A stretch of DNA of 64,000 nucleotides. Origin: an uncultured Bacteroidota bacterium. Its GTDB lineage: Bacteria > Bacteroidota > Bacteroidia > Bacteroidales > WCHB1-69. The DNA lies in the NCBI GenBank assembly GCA_902796805.1, contig CADBQG010000018.1, positions 164-64,163 of the forward strand, given 5' to 3'. Below, one piece after another: positions 55,105-63,868 of this stretch. Position 1 is the first letter of the stretch, and every line of letters starts with the position of its first letter. The position numbers and the translations under genes were made by a program. A model generated the notes under the pieces. It saw only the letters and a list, made by a program, of their open reading frames with translations. It made no database searches and had not been told where the DNA came from.

Positions 55105-56520
55105 TCATCTCTCAGTTCTCCGGAGTTTAAGGAGGACGACGTTCTCAACATGCTGGGTGTGCGGGAACATGTCGACGGGCTGCACTTTCTCAACGGAATA
55201 CTTTGGGTCGAGGAGTGTCAGGTCGCGCGCTTGCGTTGCGGGGTTGCAGCTTACGTACACTATGCGCGGAGTCTCAAGTTTCAGCAGCTGCTCGATGACG
55301 TTGGGGTGCATTCCGGCGCGGGGCGGGTCGGAGATTATGACGTCGGGTCGGCCGTGCGCCGCGATGAAGTCGTCGGTGAAGATCTTGGCCATGTCGCCCA
55401 CAACAAACTCGGTGTTCTCAATGCCGTTTTGGGCGGAGTTTATCTTGGCGTCTTCCACGGCGGTGTCAACGTACTCTATCCCCACAACCCTCTTTGCCTG
55501 GTGCGCCACGAAGTTGGCGATGGTGCCGGTGCCGGTGAAAAGGTCGTAGACCACATCCTCAGGTCCGGTAGCTGCAAAGTCGCGCACCACCTTGTAAAGA
55601 TTGTAAGCTTGCTCGCTGTTTGTCTGGTAGAACGACTTCGGGCCCACCTTGAACAGCAGGTTCTCCATCTTTTCCGTTATGAAGTCGTTTCCGGAGAAGA
55701 GATGGAACGGCAGGTCGAAGATTGCGTCGTTAAGTTTTGTGTTTACGACGAATGTGAGTGATGTTATCTGGGGGAATTGCGCACCCAGTGCAGCGAGCAT
55801 CTTCTTCACGTCGTCGTTGTAGCGGGTGACTATGAGCACAACCATGAGGTCGCCGGTGGTGGCGCTGCGGATTATGATGTTGCGAAGAAGGCCTTTCTGT
55901 TGGCGCGGATCGTAGAAGTCGAGATTGTTATCGATGGCATACTGCTTGCAGAAGAGCCTTATGTCGTTGCTCGGTGCCTCCTGGAGCCAGCAGTGCTTTA
56001 TGTCGAGGATCTTGTCGAACATCCCCGGCACGTGAAAGCCGAGGCAGCGGGAGTCGCGAGGCTCGCCTTCCTGCATCTTTTTGTGTTCCTCCAGAGGAAG
56101 CCACATCATTGTTGAGAAGGTGTACTCAAGTTTGTTACGGTAGTAGTATATTTTCTCGGAGCCTATGATGGGCAGCAGCGGGGGAAACTCGAACTTTCCG
56201 AGGTGACGGAAGTTGTCCTCAACCTGCCGTTGCTTGTATTCTAACTGTTTCTCGTAGGAGAGCATCTGCCATTTGCAACCGCCGCAGCTCCCGAAGTGCG
56301 GGCACGGGGCGGCCACGCGGTCGGGCGACGGCCTCTTTATTTTCAACAGGTTGCAGTCAGCGTATCCTCTTTTTCGTTTATAAACCTCAACATCCACTAT
56401 GTCGCCGGGCACGGCGTAAGGAACAAAGACGGTGAGTCCGTCAACCTTCCCCACAGCCTTGCCTTCCGCACCGGCGGAAATGATTTCGAGGTTTTCAATG
56501 ATATATCGTTTAAAGCTCAT
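55105..56520 (-). CDS. rlmD: 23S rRNA (uracil-C5)-methyltransferase RlmD/RumA
   Basis: 471 aa. TRAM domain N-terminus, Fe-S Cys cluster CPHFGSCGGCKWQ, SAM fold DLFTGTGTI, catalytic VYVSCNPAT. Confidence 0.93.
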   Translation of the reverse strand: MSFKRYIIENLEIISAGAEGKAVGKVDGLTVFVPYAVPGDIVDVEVYKRKRGYADCNLLKIKRPSPDRVAAPCPHFGSCGGCKWQMLSYEKQLEYKQRQVEDNFRHLGKFEFPPLLPIIGSEKIYYYRNKLEYTFSTMMWLPLEEHKKMQEGEPRDSRCLGFHVPGMFDKILDIKHCWLQEAPSNDIRLFCKQYAIDNNLDFYDPRQQKGLLRNIIIRSATTGDLMVVLIVTRYNDDVKKMLAALGAQFPQITSLTFVVNTKLNDAIFDLPFHLFSGNDFITEKMENLLFKVGPKSFYQTNSEQAYNLYKVVRDFAATGPEDVVYDLFTGTGTIANFVAHQAKRVVGIEYVDTAVEDAKINSAQNGIENTEFVVGDMAKIFTDDFIAAHGRPDVIISDPPRAGMHPNVIEQLLKLETPRIVYVSCNPATQARDLTLLDPKYSVEKVQPVDMFPHTQHVENVVLLKLRRTER

Positions 56521-56553
56521 GGATGAATCTGGATTTGAATGGATGGGAAATAA

Positions 56554-57696
56554 TCAGAACGAAACAGTGTTGGCCTTCGCCCATTTTCTGGCCTTGCCTC
56601 CTTTTGCCGAGTGAAGCTCTGCGTGAAGGGAATGCCTGCCGTCAATTTCGTTTCTGTGGAACACGAACCTGTAGGCACCGTCGGGTGCCGAAGACATCGC
56701 CTCCTCGAGCCTCGCGCTGAATGCCTCATCGAATTCCGTGTCGTCGCTGATTACCACGTCCTTTTTTTTCTTGACTATCACGTCTTTTTTTGTCGACACT
56801 ATGTGGTGGTGCATGGCGTCTTCAATGGGAAGAGAGAAGCCGTAGCGGTAAGGCTGGGTGAACTTCACGGTACCCATGGCCGCGAAGAGCGTGTCGGCAA
56901 AAGACTCGTCGTGGGAGCACAGGATCCTGCGGTTCTCAACGCCGTTGGTATCGATAGAGAACCTGAATGATATGTCCGATTCGAAAGTCTCACCCTGCTT
57001 GAACGCAACCTTGTCAATCATGTCCAAGAAAAGATTGTCGGCCTTGGCGAAATCGTATGAGAAGAAGTCGCGGTACTTTTTCGACACATTCCTGTTGAAA
57101 TCGAGAAAGCCTCTCAGACTGTCGAACTGTCTCACAAAATCATCCTGGAAGCTGAACCTTTGCCAATAGTCGTGGAGTTCCTGTGATTTCAAAGTCATCT
57201 CTGAGAAAAGAGTCTGGGCCTCTTCATATTTCCTGCTCTGGTTCAGGCTGTTGACTGTGCCGAGCATTTCGCAAAGCTGCTTAGTCTGGGAGATGACAGA
57301 AACACGGTTTCTCAGGGAGTCGATGCTCTTGATGTCAAGTCCTTCATCCAACGCATACTGTATGGCGTCGGAAAAGTATTTTTCAGCGGCCTCAAAGTTC
57401 TGCATCCTCTCGAGTGTCTCAGACTGTCGTAGAAGGTGGTGGAACTGTGCGTAGCAGTCCATGGAAAGAATTTTCCTCTTGATTTTGTTCTGTATATTGC
57501 GGTGTTGTTTGGAGTTGCGGGCGAGTACAAGTGCGTCGAAGTAGTAGTTTTTTGCGATGTCGTAGATGGCGTTGTTCTCCAAGACCTCGGCCTCGCGGTA
57601 TTTTTGTTCGAAAGCGGGAGCATTTTTCTGCGGAAATGCAGTCTGCACGCTCCAGACGAACAATAATAACAACAAGACTTTCAAGGTTTTACGCAT
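56554..57696 (-). CDS. secreted hypothetical protein
   Basis: 380 aa. Signal peptide MRKTLKVLLLLLFVWSVQTAFPQ. Helical N-terminal half, unknown C-terminal half. Confidence 0.75.
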   Translation of the reverse strand: MRKTLKVLLLLLFVWSVQTAFPQKNAPAFEQKYREAEVLENNAIYDIAKNYYFDALVLARNSKQHRNIQNKIKRKILSMDCYAQFHHLLRQSETLERMQNFEAAEKYFSDAIQYALDEGLDIKSIDSLRNRVSVISQTKQLCEMLGTVNSLNQSRKYEEAQTLFSEMTLKSQELHDYWQRFSFQDDFVRQFDSLRGFLDFNRNVSKKYRDFFSYDFAKADNLFLDMIDKVAFKQGETFESDISFRFSIDTNGVENRRILCSHDESFADTLFAAMGTVKFTQPYRYGFSLPIEDAMHHHIVSTKKDVIVKKKKDVVISDDTEFDEAFSARLEEAMSSAPDGAYRFVFHRNEIDGRHSLHAELHSAKGGKARKWAKANTVSF

Positions 57697-57733
57697 AAAA
57701 AACTGATAAAAAAATCTCTTTATTTCAGAGGCG

Positions 57734-57741
57734 CAAATTTA
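57734..57741 (-). promoter_or_regulatory. -7 promoter box TAAATTTG
   Basis: Exact TAnnTTTG 38 nt upstream of the ATG at 57696. Divergent from the + strand box at 57753. Confidence 0.5.
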
Positions 57742-57752
57742 AACAAAAAATG

Positions 57753-57760
57753 TAATTTTG
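57753..57760 (+). promoter_or_regulatory. -7 promoter box TAATTTTG (hydrogenase-maturation genes)
   Basis: Exact TAnnTTTG 74 nt upstream of the ATG at 57834. Confidence 0.45.
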
Positions 57761-57833
57761 CGCGTTCATTCGGATACGAAATATCCGCGTGGCGCATTTT
57801 TGGTCGAAACACCTGATCCAAAAGAGAAAACTG

Positions 57834-58091
57834 ATGGAAAAGAGAATTGGCACCATAACCGTTTTATTGGCCGACAGGTCTGCATCCTCGCAAGTCAACG
57901 AGGTTATTTCGTGCTTTTCTGACATTGTGCTGGCGCGGCAGGGGCTTCCTTTCCACAACCGCCCGGTGGCTGTCATCTCCCTGATAGTCGAGGGCAATGT
58001 CGACGAGATTAACTCTCTTTCAGGACAGTTGGGCAAGATTGAAAATGTTACCACCAAGGCTGTAGTAACAAAAATTTTATCACAACAATAA
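57834..58091 (+). CDS. TM1266-family iron-only hydrogenase system regulator-like protein
   Basis: 85 aa from MEKRIGTITVLLADR. Small ACT/CopG-like protein immediately upstream of hydG, the usual context of this family (from memory). Confidence 0.65.
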   Translation: MEKRIGTITVLLADRSASSQVNEVISCFSDIVLARQGLPFHNRPVAVISLIVEGNVDEINSLSGQLGKIENVTTKAVVTKILSQQ

Positions 58092-58096
58092 CGATT

Positions 58097-59551
58097 ATGA
58101 GATTCAATCCAGAAAAATGCAGAATTCCCGACGAGATAGGAAAGCCTTTCATTGACCCGGAAGAAATATGGGACTTCATAAACAATACCGAAAGCACTCC
58201 TGAGCGTGTGCGGGAGATAATAAGGAAGTCGCTCGACAAAAACCGTCTCACTATGGAGGAGACGGCGGTTTTGGTGAACACCACCGACCCGGATTTGATA
58301 GAGGAGATAAAGGAGGGCGCGCGCACTTTGAAACGCAATGTATACGGCAACAGGATAGTGTTGTTCGCCCCGTTGTACATCGGAAACCACTGCATCAACA
58401 ACTGCTCGTATTGCGGGTTCCGCTCTTCCAACAAGGAGCAGGTGCGCGCCACTCTTTCAGACGAGGAGCTTGTGCGCAGCGTGGAGGCCCTGGAAGACGA
58501 CGGGCAGAAGCGTCTGATACTTGTTTACGGCGAGCATCCCAAATACGACGCCAACTACATCGCCCATACCGTCAATATAACCTACAACACTAAAAAGGGC
58601 AACGGCTCGATCCGGCGCGTCAACATCAACGCGGCACCCTTGGACGTGGAGGGTTTCAAGATTGTGAAGGAGGCCGGGATAGGCACATACCAGATATTCC
58701 AGGAAACCTACAGTCCGGAGGCATACAAGTGGTATCATCCCGCCAATACAATGAAGGGAAAGTACGAGTGGCGCCTCACCGCGATGGACCGCGCCCAGCA
58801 GGCCGGTATCGACGACAACGGCCTCGGCATTCTCTTCGGACTGTATGACTGGCGTTTCGAGGTTTTGGCCATGATTCGCCACACCAACCATCTCGAAGCC
58901 TGCTTCAACGTGGGACCGCACACAATATCTTTCCCGCGCATAAAGGACGCTTCGGGAATGAAGATCGATGAGAAATACATGGTTGACGATGACACTTTTG
59001 AGAAGATAATCGCCATTTTCCGTCTCGCGGTGCCATACACAGGAATGATACTAACTGCACGCGAAGACCCCGAGTTCCGCCAAAAGGCGATACAATACGG
59101 TGTCTCGCAGATTGACGGCGGCACCAACTTGCAAATCGGCGACTATCGCTACCACCACGAGGAGACGGAAAAGAACAGCGACAAAGTCGAGGACCAGAAC
59201 CTGCACCGCGAGCAGTTCAAGATCGGCGACGACCGCACGCTGGGCGAAATCATCGACGACCTGCTTGCAAACAACTACATACCAAGCTTCTGCACGGCCT
59301 GCTACCGTCTCGGGCGCACCGGCGAGCACTTCATGGAGTTCAGTGTCCCGGGCTTCATAAAACGCTACTGCACACCCAACGCGATACTGACACTCACCGA
59401 GTACATTGTAGACTATGCAACGCCTGAAGTCGCTGAAAAAGGCTGGAAAGTGATCGAGAACAACCTTGAAAATGTTGACGACAAATTCAGGGATGAACTT
59501 CTGAAGCGTATTGAAAGGATAAAGGCCGGCGAAAGGGATCTGTATTTCTGA
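58097..59551 (+). CDS. hydG: [FeFe]-hydrogenase H-cluster radical SAM maturase HydG
   Basis: 484 aa. Radical SAM CINNCSYCGF, ThiH-like core, C-terminal Cys motif SFCTACYRLGRTGEHF..CTPNA. Confidence 0.9.
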   Translation: MRFNPEKCRIPDEIGKPFIDPEEIWDFINNTESTPERVREIIRKSLDKNRLTMEETAVLVNTTDPDLIEEIKEGARTLKRNVYGNRIVLFAPLYIGNHCINNCSYCGFRSSNKEQVRATLSDEELVRSVEALEDDGQKRLILVYGEHPKYDANYIAHTVNITYNTKKGNGSIRRVNINAAPLDVEGFKIVKEAGIGTYQIFQETYSPEAYKWYHPANTMKGKYEWRLTAMDRAQQAGIDDNGLGILFGLYDWRFEVLAMIRHTNHLEACFNVGPHTISFPRIKDASGMKIDEKYMVDDDTFEKIIAIFRLAVPYTGMILTAREDPEFRQKAIQYGVSQIDGGTNLQIGDYRYHHEETEKNSDKVEDQNLHREQFKIGDDRTLGEIIDDLLANNYIPSFCTACYRLGRTGEHFMEFSVPGFIKRYCTPNAILTLTEYIVDYATPEVAEKGWKVIENNLENVDDKFRDELLKRIERIKAGERDLYF

Positions 59552-59565
59552 CAGAGCCATGCCAC

Positions 59566-60078
59566 TCACTCAATCTTCTTATAACACAAGTACTTGGCAC
59601 GTGATTCGTGGATTCCGTAAATGGAGAGGCGACCTAAATGTATGTTGAGCAACGTGTCGGATATGAAAGAATACATAAATGTGGTCCTACTTTTCGGCAC
59701 AAAGAAATCCCCGCCATAGTATTCAACTAAAGGGGCGATGTTGGGCTCATCGTATGATTTTATGTAAGTGATCACGCACCTGTTGTTGTATTCATAAAGG
59801 TTCTTCTTATAGTGTTCACTGGCCGGGGATATCACAAGGCTGTCCTCTGTGAATCTCAGCGTATCGTTGAATGTAACAGTCGAGGGATCCGGGTGGCAGA
59901 CCCCGTCGGTGTACGGGGCCTCTCCGCAGCGCACCCACGTGCCTATGAACCTGTTCTCCACCTCCCTCGCCGGTTTCCTGTTCTCGAGATATATGACCTC
60001 GCGCTCGCATGCCGCGAACAGCGCCACTGCTCCCGCCACCGCCGCAGCAACCAAAAAAAACAATAGAATCTTCTTCAT
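59566..60078 (-). CDS. lipocalin-like lipoprotein (paralog A)
   Basis: 170 aa from MKKILLFFLVAAAVAGAVALFAAC. NRFIGTW motif typical of lipocalin-like domains. Confidence 0.7.
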   Translation of the reverse strand: MKKILLFFLVAAAVAGAVALFAACEREVIYLENRKPAREVENRFIGTWVRCGEAPYTDGVCHPDPSTVTFNDTLRFTEDSLVISPASEHYKKNLYEYNNRCVITYIKSYDEPNIAPLVEYYGGDFFVPKSRTTFMYSFISDTLLNIHLGRLSIYGIHESRAKYLCYKKIE

Positions 60079-60545
60079 GGCAGGTCGTCTATCTTGGTGA
60101 AGGTAACCCAATCCCAATGGTCCTCGAAATAAGGATGATAACCAGGATAGTCCAGAATAATGAATGATGTGTCGGAAACCATTTGATATGCACAACTGTA
60201 ACGCACTCCGTAGACACTATCGTGAAAAACAATAAAATGATCTGTTACAGAGCAGTTCGGATTTTCAAACACAAAAAAACTGTCGGGGACAGGGTCAAAC
60301 CATCCCCTTGGCAAAGAGTGGTAAGAGCCATCGTCCGTTATTTTCAGGTAGAAAAGGTAAGGGTATCCGAGTGTGTCGTTGGATACACGGAGGCCTTTGC
60401 TGGCCCACGTTCCAACAAGGCGGTTTACGTGCCTTACAGAGTTCTCTTTTGCCTCGGGCTCCACTACTATGGGTTTGCGCTCGCATGCTATCAGCAACAG
60501 CACACTTGCCACCAATAATACTGTCTTAAAGAACTTTTTTTTCAT
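60075..60545 (-). CDS. lipocalin-like lipoprotein (paralog B)
   Basis: 156 aa from MKKKFFKTVLLVASVLLLIAC. NRLVGTW motif. 4-nt overlap with paralog A. Confidence 0.7.
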   Translation of the reverse strand: MKKKFFKTVLLVASVLLLIACERKPIVVEPEAKENSVRHVNRLVGTWASKGLRVSNDTLGYPYLFYLKITDDGSYHSLPRGWFDPVPDSFFVFENPNCSVTDHFIVFHDSVYGVRYSCAYQMVSDTSFIILDYPGYHPYFEDHWDWVTFTKIDDLP

Positions 60546-60668
60546 AATTGTAATGATCTGAAGTTGTGATTGCAAATAAATATATTACAAAAACCAATAG
60601 TTTTCTAAAGAATTTTTTTTGGGAAATTTATTTAGGACAGTATGTATGTAAAAAAATCATGAATCATA

Positions 60669-60699
60669 CAAAAACAAACCACCGCAGTGAACTCACTGC
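60669..60699 (-). terminator. intrinsic terminator after tRNA-Glu
   Basis: Hairpin gcagtg-aact-cactgc (60684-60699), followed on the minus strand by ggtggtttgttttt. Confidence 0.6.
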
Positions 60700-60728
60700 A
60701 GCTTGTGAAATAAACCATGACGGGAAAG

Positions 60729-60800
60729 TACCGCGTACGAGAATCGAACTCGTATTGCAAGATTGAGAATCTTGATTCCTAACCGTTAGAAGAACGCGGC
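60729..60800 (-). tRNA. tRNA-Glu (anticodon CTC)
   Basis: 72 nt: GCCGCGT-TC-TTCT-AACGGTTA-GGAA-T-CAAGA-TTCTCAA-TCTTG-CAAT-ACGAG-TTCGATT-CTCGT-ACGCGGT-A. Pair 1-72 is G-U. CCA is not encoded. Confidence 0.8.
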
Positions 60801-60882
60801 ATTGCAATTCAGGGCGCGAAAATACACTTTTTTTTGAAACGGAGAGCAAATGATGAAAAAAATTTCAAATCAATGGAATAAA

Positions 60883-61344
60883 TCACATCAGACTGTCCTT
60901 CAAATAGTCCACAAATTTCTTTAAATTTGTCTTTCCGTACAGCCATATCACCTTTTCGCTCTCACCTAAACGGTTTATTATCACATAGTTTCTGCAACCT
61001 TCATTGTCTTTTTCAGAAGAAAGGACTTTCATGAAGTGATCCTTGTCGCTGAACTCGAAGATTACTCTGAAACTTTCGGTGGATTTGCCCAAATCGTGGT
61101 TGAACCTTTTGTATTTGCCGCTTTTAGGCTTTGCGTCGCAAGTCATTATTCTGATGAATGAGGCGTTCGAAGTAATCAGGTTCAGCCAAACAGGCTTTTC
61201 GGTGCCGTACTCGGCAAGTTCGAAATGCTTCTTCGACTTGTACTTGTTGAAGACTTTCCCCATTTCGGCAGACTGGGCTAACAAATTGCCGGAGAGAGCC
61301 AGAAGAGTGCCGGACAGAATGATTCCCAATAATAACTTTTTCAT
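60883..61344 (-). CDS. secreted hypothetical protein (possibly DUF4252-like)
   Basis: 153 aa. Signal peptide MKKLLLGIILSGTLLALSGNLLAQ. The DUF assignment is weak. Confidence 0.7.
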   Translation of the reverse strand: MKKLLLGIILSGTLLALSGNLLAQSAEMGKVFNKYKSKKHFELAEYGTEKPVWLNLITSNASFIRIMTCDAKPKSGKYKRFNHDLGKSTESFRVIFEFSDKDHFMKVLSSEKDNEGCRNYVIINRLGESEKVIWLYGKTNLKKFVDYLKDSLM

Positions 61345-61420
61345 AATTGCAAAATGTTTGTTGATGATAATGCAAGTAACAGTCCAACCGGCAAAAAGTT
61401 TAAAAGAGGGCGGATTTTTA

Positions 61421-61428
61421 TATCTTTG
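61421..61428 (+). promoter_or_regulatory. -7 promoter box TATCTTTG (nadD)
   Basis: Exact TAnnTTTG 15 nt upstream of the nadD ATG. Confidence 0.6.
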
Positions 61429-61442
61429 CGGGCATAATTGAA

Positions 61443-62039
61443 ATGAAGAAGACAGGACTATACTTTGGCTCGTTCAATCCGATACACATCGGACACCTCG
61501 TGATCGCCGAGCAGTTGGTGGAGAACACCGACTTGGACGAACTGTGGTTTGTGGTTTCGCCGCAGAACCCTCTGAAGAAGAGGAGTTCTCTGTTGGACGA
61601 CCGTCAGCGGCTGCACCTTGTGAACCTTGCGATAGACGACGACCCGAGGTTCAGGGCGTGCGACATCGAGTTTTCGCTGAAGAAACCTTCCTATACAAGT
61701 TTCACTCTTCAGGTTTTGCGCGAAAAATACCCACGGCGCAAGTTTTGCCTCATAATGGGTGAAGACAACCTCCAGTCGTTCAGGAAATGGTACAATTACG
61801 AGCATATTATCGAGAACTACGGGATTTACGTCTATCCGCGCCCGGGTTACGACGGTGGTGACCTTAGAAACCATAGAAATGTGCATATAGTCAACGCTCC
61901 GCTGATGGAGATTTCGTCCACCATGATTCGCGAAGGCCTCAGAAGTGGTAAATCGGTGCGGTATATGCTTCCCGAAAAGGTGTTCCAATGTATCGAGGAG
62001 TCGGGATTCTATGCAAATAGGACTGTTTCCAGCCACTGA
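61443..62039 (+). CDS. nadD: nicotinate-nucleotide adenylyltransferase
   Basis: 198 aa. GLYFGSFNPIHIGHL (HxGH) and EISSTMIR (ISSTxxR). Confidence 0.94.
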   Translation: MKKTGLYFGSFNPIHIGHLVIAEQLVENTDLDELWFVVSPQNPLKKRSSLLDDRQRLHLVNLAIDDDPRFRACDIEFSLKKPSYTSFTLQVLREKYPRRKFCLIMGEDNLQSFRKWYNYEHIIENYGIYVYPRPGYDGGDLRNHRNVHIVNAPLMEISSTMIREGLRSGKSVRYMLPEKVFQCIEESGFYANRTVSSH

Positions 62040-62047
62040 CTCCATCC

Positions 62048-62299
62048 TTAAGATATACAGTGTTTTTTTTCCTGACTTTGACACTTTAGAAAATCAATGC
62101 TCTTCTTCGCGCTGCGTATCAGATTGTATGCAAAAGTGTAGGCATCGAATACTTGCCCATCATAGAAGATTCCTTGTACGGGCGGCAAAGAGGTGCGGAC
62201 AAAGAAATCGATTTTGTTTTCTGCCCCAGTCACCCTATACTCCAGTCGCTCCACCCGTTGGTTCACTGAATACACTTTGAGAAGATACTCTTTCAGCAC
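62048..62299 (-). pseudogene. internal fragment of a long ORF6N/RhuM-associated-type gene
   Basis: 83-aa ORF. GIFYDGQVFDAYTFAYNLIRSAKKSIDF matches the ..GQIFDAY.F...LI.SAK.SI.LIDNY.. block that I recall from long ORF6N-domain proteins. The ORF lacks both the N-terminal DNA-binding domain and everything after SIDF. Confidence 0.45.
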
Positions 62300-62429
62300 T
62301 TTGTTGGCACTTCAAATTGGATGTCAAGGATAGCCACAAACGCTATCTATAATATATTTGGTTGGTTTTTGGTCTGTTTCTTCTTTTCGTTGGGGTTTTG
62401 TTAATACTATAATGTTTTAAGAACAACTA

Positions 62430-62780
62430 CTATTCGCCATCACTTTCGCTCTTCAACAACAATTCTACTTCTGCTCTCAACACGGGCAGAGATTTGACAA
62501 TAATCACCCATATCCTGTCGTTTTGAATCTCGTCATAGCCATGGATGATGAGGTTACGCGTATCGATGATCCTACGTGCATCCGTTATTGCAATTTTGTC
62601 ATCCATTTCTTTCAAACGTCTGACCGCTTCACCAATGATTTCCAAATTTCGCTCAACTGCCTTTTGCAGAAAGATGTCAGAATCGTATTTCTCGTAAATC
62701 ATGGGGATACCGATGAATTGGTATATTTCATCAATACTTGTAATGATTTGATGTAATGCCTGGTAGTATCTGTTATCCAT
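62430..62780 (-). CDS. hepT: HepT-like (DUF86/HEPN) ribonuclease toxin
   Basis: 116 aa. HEPN Rx4HxY motif RNLIIHGY. 8-nt overlap with the upstream MNT gene. Confidence 0.88.
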   Translation of the reverse strand: MDNRYYQALHQIITSIDEIYQFIGIPMIYEKYDSDIFLQKAVERNLEIIGEAVRRLKEMDDKIAITDARRIIDTRNLIIHGYDEIQNDRIWVIIVKSLPVLRAEVELLLKSESDGE

Positions 62781-63087
62781 AAATCTTATACCTGGTTTCG
62801 TTTACTTCCTTGATAAAATAGGGGTTCTTCAAACTCGCCTCGTTAATAAGATCCACATCCCGATGAAGACTGTCTTCCAACGCAAATTGCAGGTTCCAAC
62901 TGTTTTCGCCCCGTTCCAAAGGATCCTGGGTGAAATCCTCAAAACTGACCAATAAGTCAATATCGCTGTTCTCGTCAAAGCGGTCTGTGAGGACAGAGCC
63001 GAAAAGATAGGCGGTCTTGACCTTGTATTGCTTCAAGATATCCACAAGAAGGCTCAGATAAGGTTCAAAATGCGAATTTATTCTCAT
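62773..63087 (-). CDS. mntA: MntA-type nucleotidyltransferase antitoxin
   Basis: 104 aa from MRINSHF. Minimal nucleotidyltransferase motif FGSVLTDRFDENSDIDLLV (GSx..DxD). Confidence 0.88.
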   Translation of the reverse strand: MRINSHFEPYLSLLVDILKQYKVKTAYLFGSVLTDRFDENSDIDLLVSFEDFTQDPLERGENSWNLQFALEDSLHRDVDLINEASLKNPYFIKEVNETRYKIYG

Positions 63088-63167
63088 AACAAAAATTCCA
63101 CGCTGCAAAACTACAAAATAATCCAATATGTAAACCGGATGCCAACCGCAATGGACCAGCGTCCGGT

Positions 63168-63530
63168 TTGTGGATTGTAGAGACGTGCCATGGCATGTCT
63201 CTACACCGTACCGCCTCCGTGCTTCGCAGTCCGAGTGCCGTACAGATGAGCGTGATGGTGACGAGAGCGTTCATCGCTATGCGGCAGGCACTATCCTCAA
63301 TGCTGTCATACGACCTGCAAATAGAGCAGCTTTCCCACAAAGTTGACCAGCTGAACGCGAACGTTGAGGAAATTCTGCATGATCAGAACAACATCAACCA
63401 ATCGCAGTCGCAGTTCAACAGCGAGCTTGCCCTGCAAATCGAGGTGATCAACGATGCGCTGGATCAGCTGCGCGAGAAGAAAGAGGGACCGGGTAATCCG
63501 ATTGGATTCAGGGTGCAACGGCAAGAATGA
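63168..63530 (+). pseudogene. 5'-truncated ORF6N-domain gene remnant (C-terminal part only)
   Basis: From about 63216, SVLRSPSAVQMSVMVTRAFIAMRQAL..coiled coil..GNPIGF matches the post-ORF6N region of short ORF6N proteins as I recall them. The first 16 codons are read through the palindrome. Confidence 0.5.
63176..63205. repeat. 30-nt near-perfect palindrome with GTAG..CTAC flanks
   Basis: tgtagagacgtgccatggcatgtctctaca. 15-bp arms with one G-U/mismatch. Sits exactly where the ORF6N-like reading frame loses similarity. Confidence 0.9.
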
Positions 63531-63728
63531 TTGTGCATTATTTCATCACCACAAGCTTCACCTTCACGCTCCGCGCCTTCGTGCTCACGTGCGCAAGGTA
63601 CAATCCTGCGTAGAGGCGGCGGGATTGGGGGTAAGCGGAAATTGCACTTTCGTGGGCAAAATCTTCCCAAAAATCCAAGAGATTCACCCTAGGCGTGTTC
63701 GCTAACGACTTCTCGCATTTTTTGCAAG

Positions 63729-63760
63729 TTGCATCTTTTATCGCAAAAATTGCATCTTTT
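63729..63760 (+). promoter_or_regulatory. two direct 11-nt repeats (ttgcatctttt), 21 nt apart; candidate operator
   Basis: 63729-63739 and 63750-63760 are identical. About 85-115 nt upstream of the -7 box of the ORF6N gene. Confidence 0.35.
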
Positions 63761-63841
63761 CAATTGAATAATGACACTTTTATAATATTGATTCTTAATG
63801 AATTAAAAATGTTTCACGTTTGATTTGTTTGCTTTATTTTA

Positions 63842-63849
63842 TAGTTTTG
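63842..63849 (+). promoter_or_regulatory. -7 promoter box TAGTTTTG (ORF6N gene)
   Basis: Exact TAnnTTTG 20 nt upstream of the ATG at 63869. Confidence 0.55.
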
Positions 63850-63868
63850 CAGGCAAACAATATCAAAG

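Noticed and set aside
55080-55130. Short repeated ctcagttctc / aactcag strings at the rlmD 3' end
   Set aside because: It is a local low-complexity duplication with only 5-bp pairing potential and no T-run. It is not a convincing terminator or repeat element.
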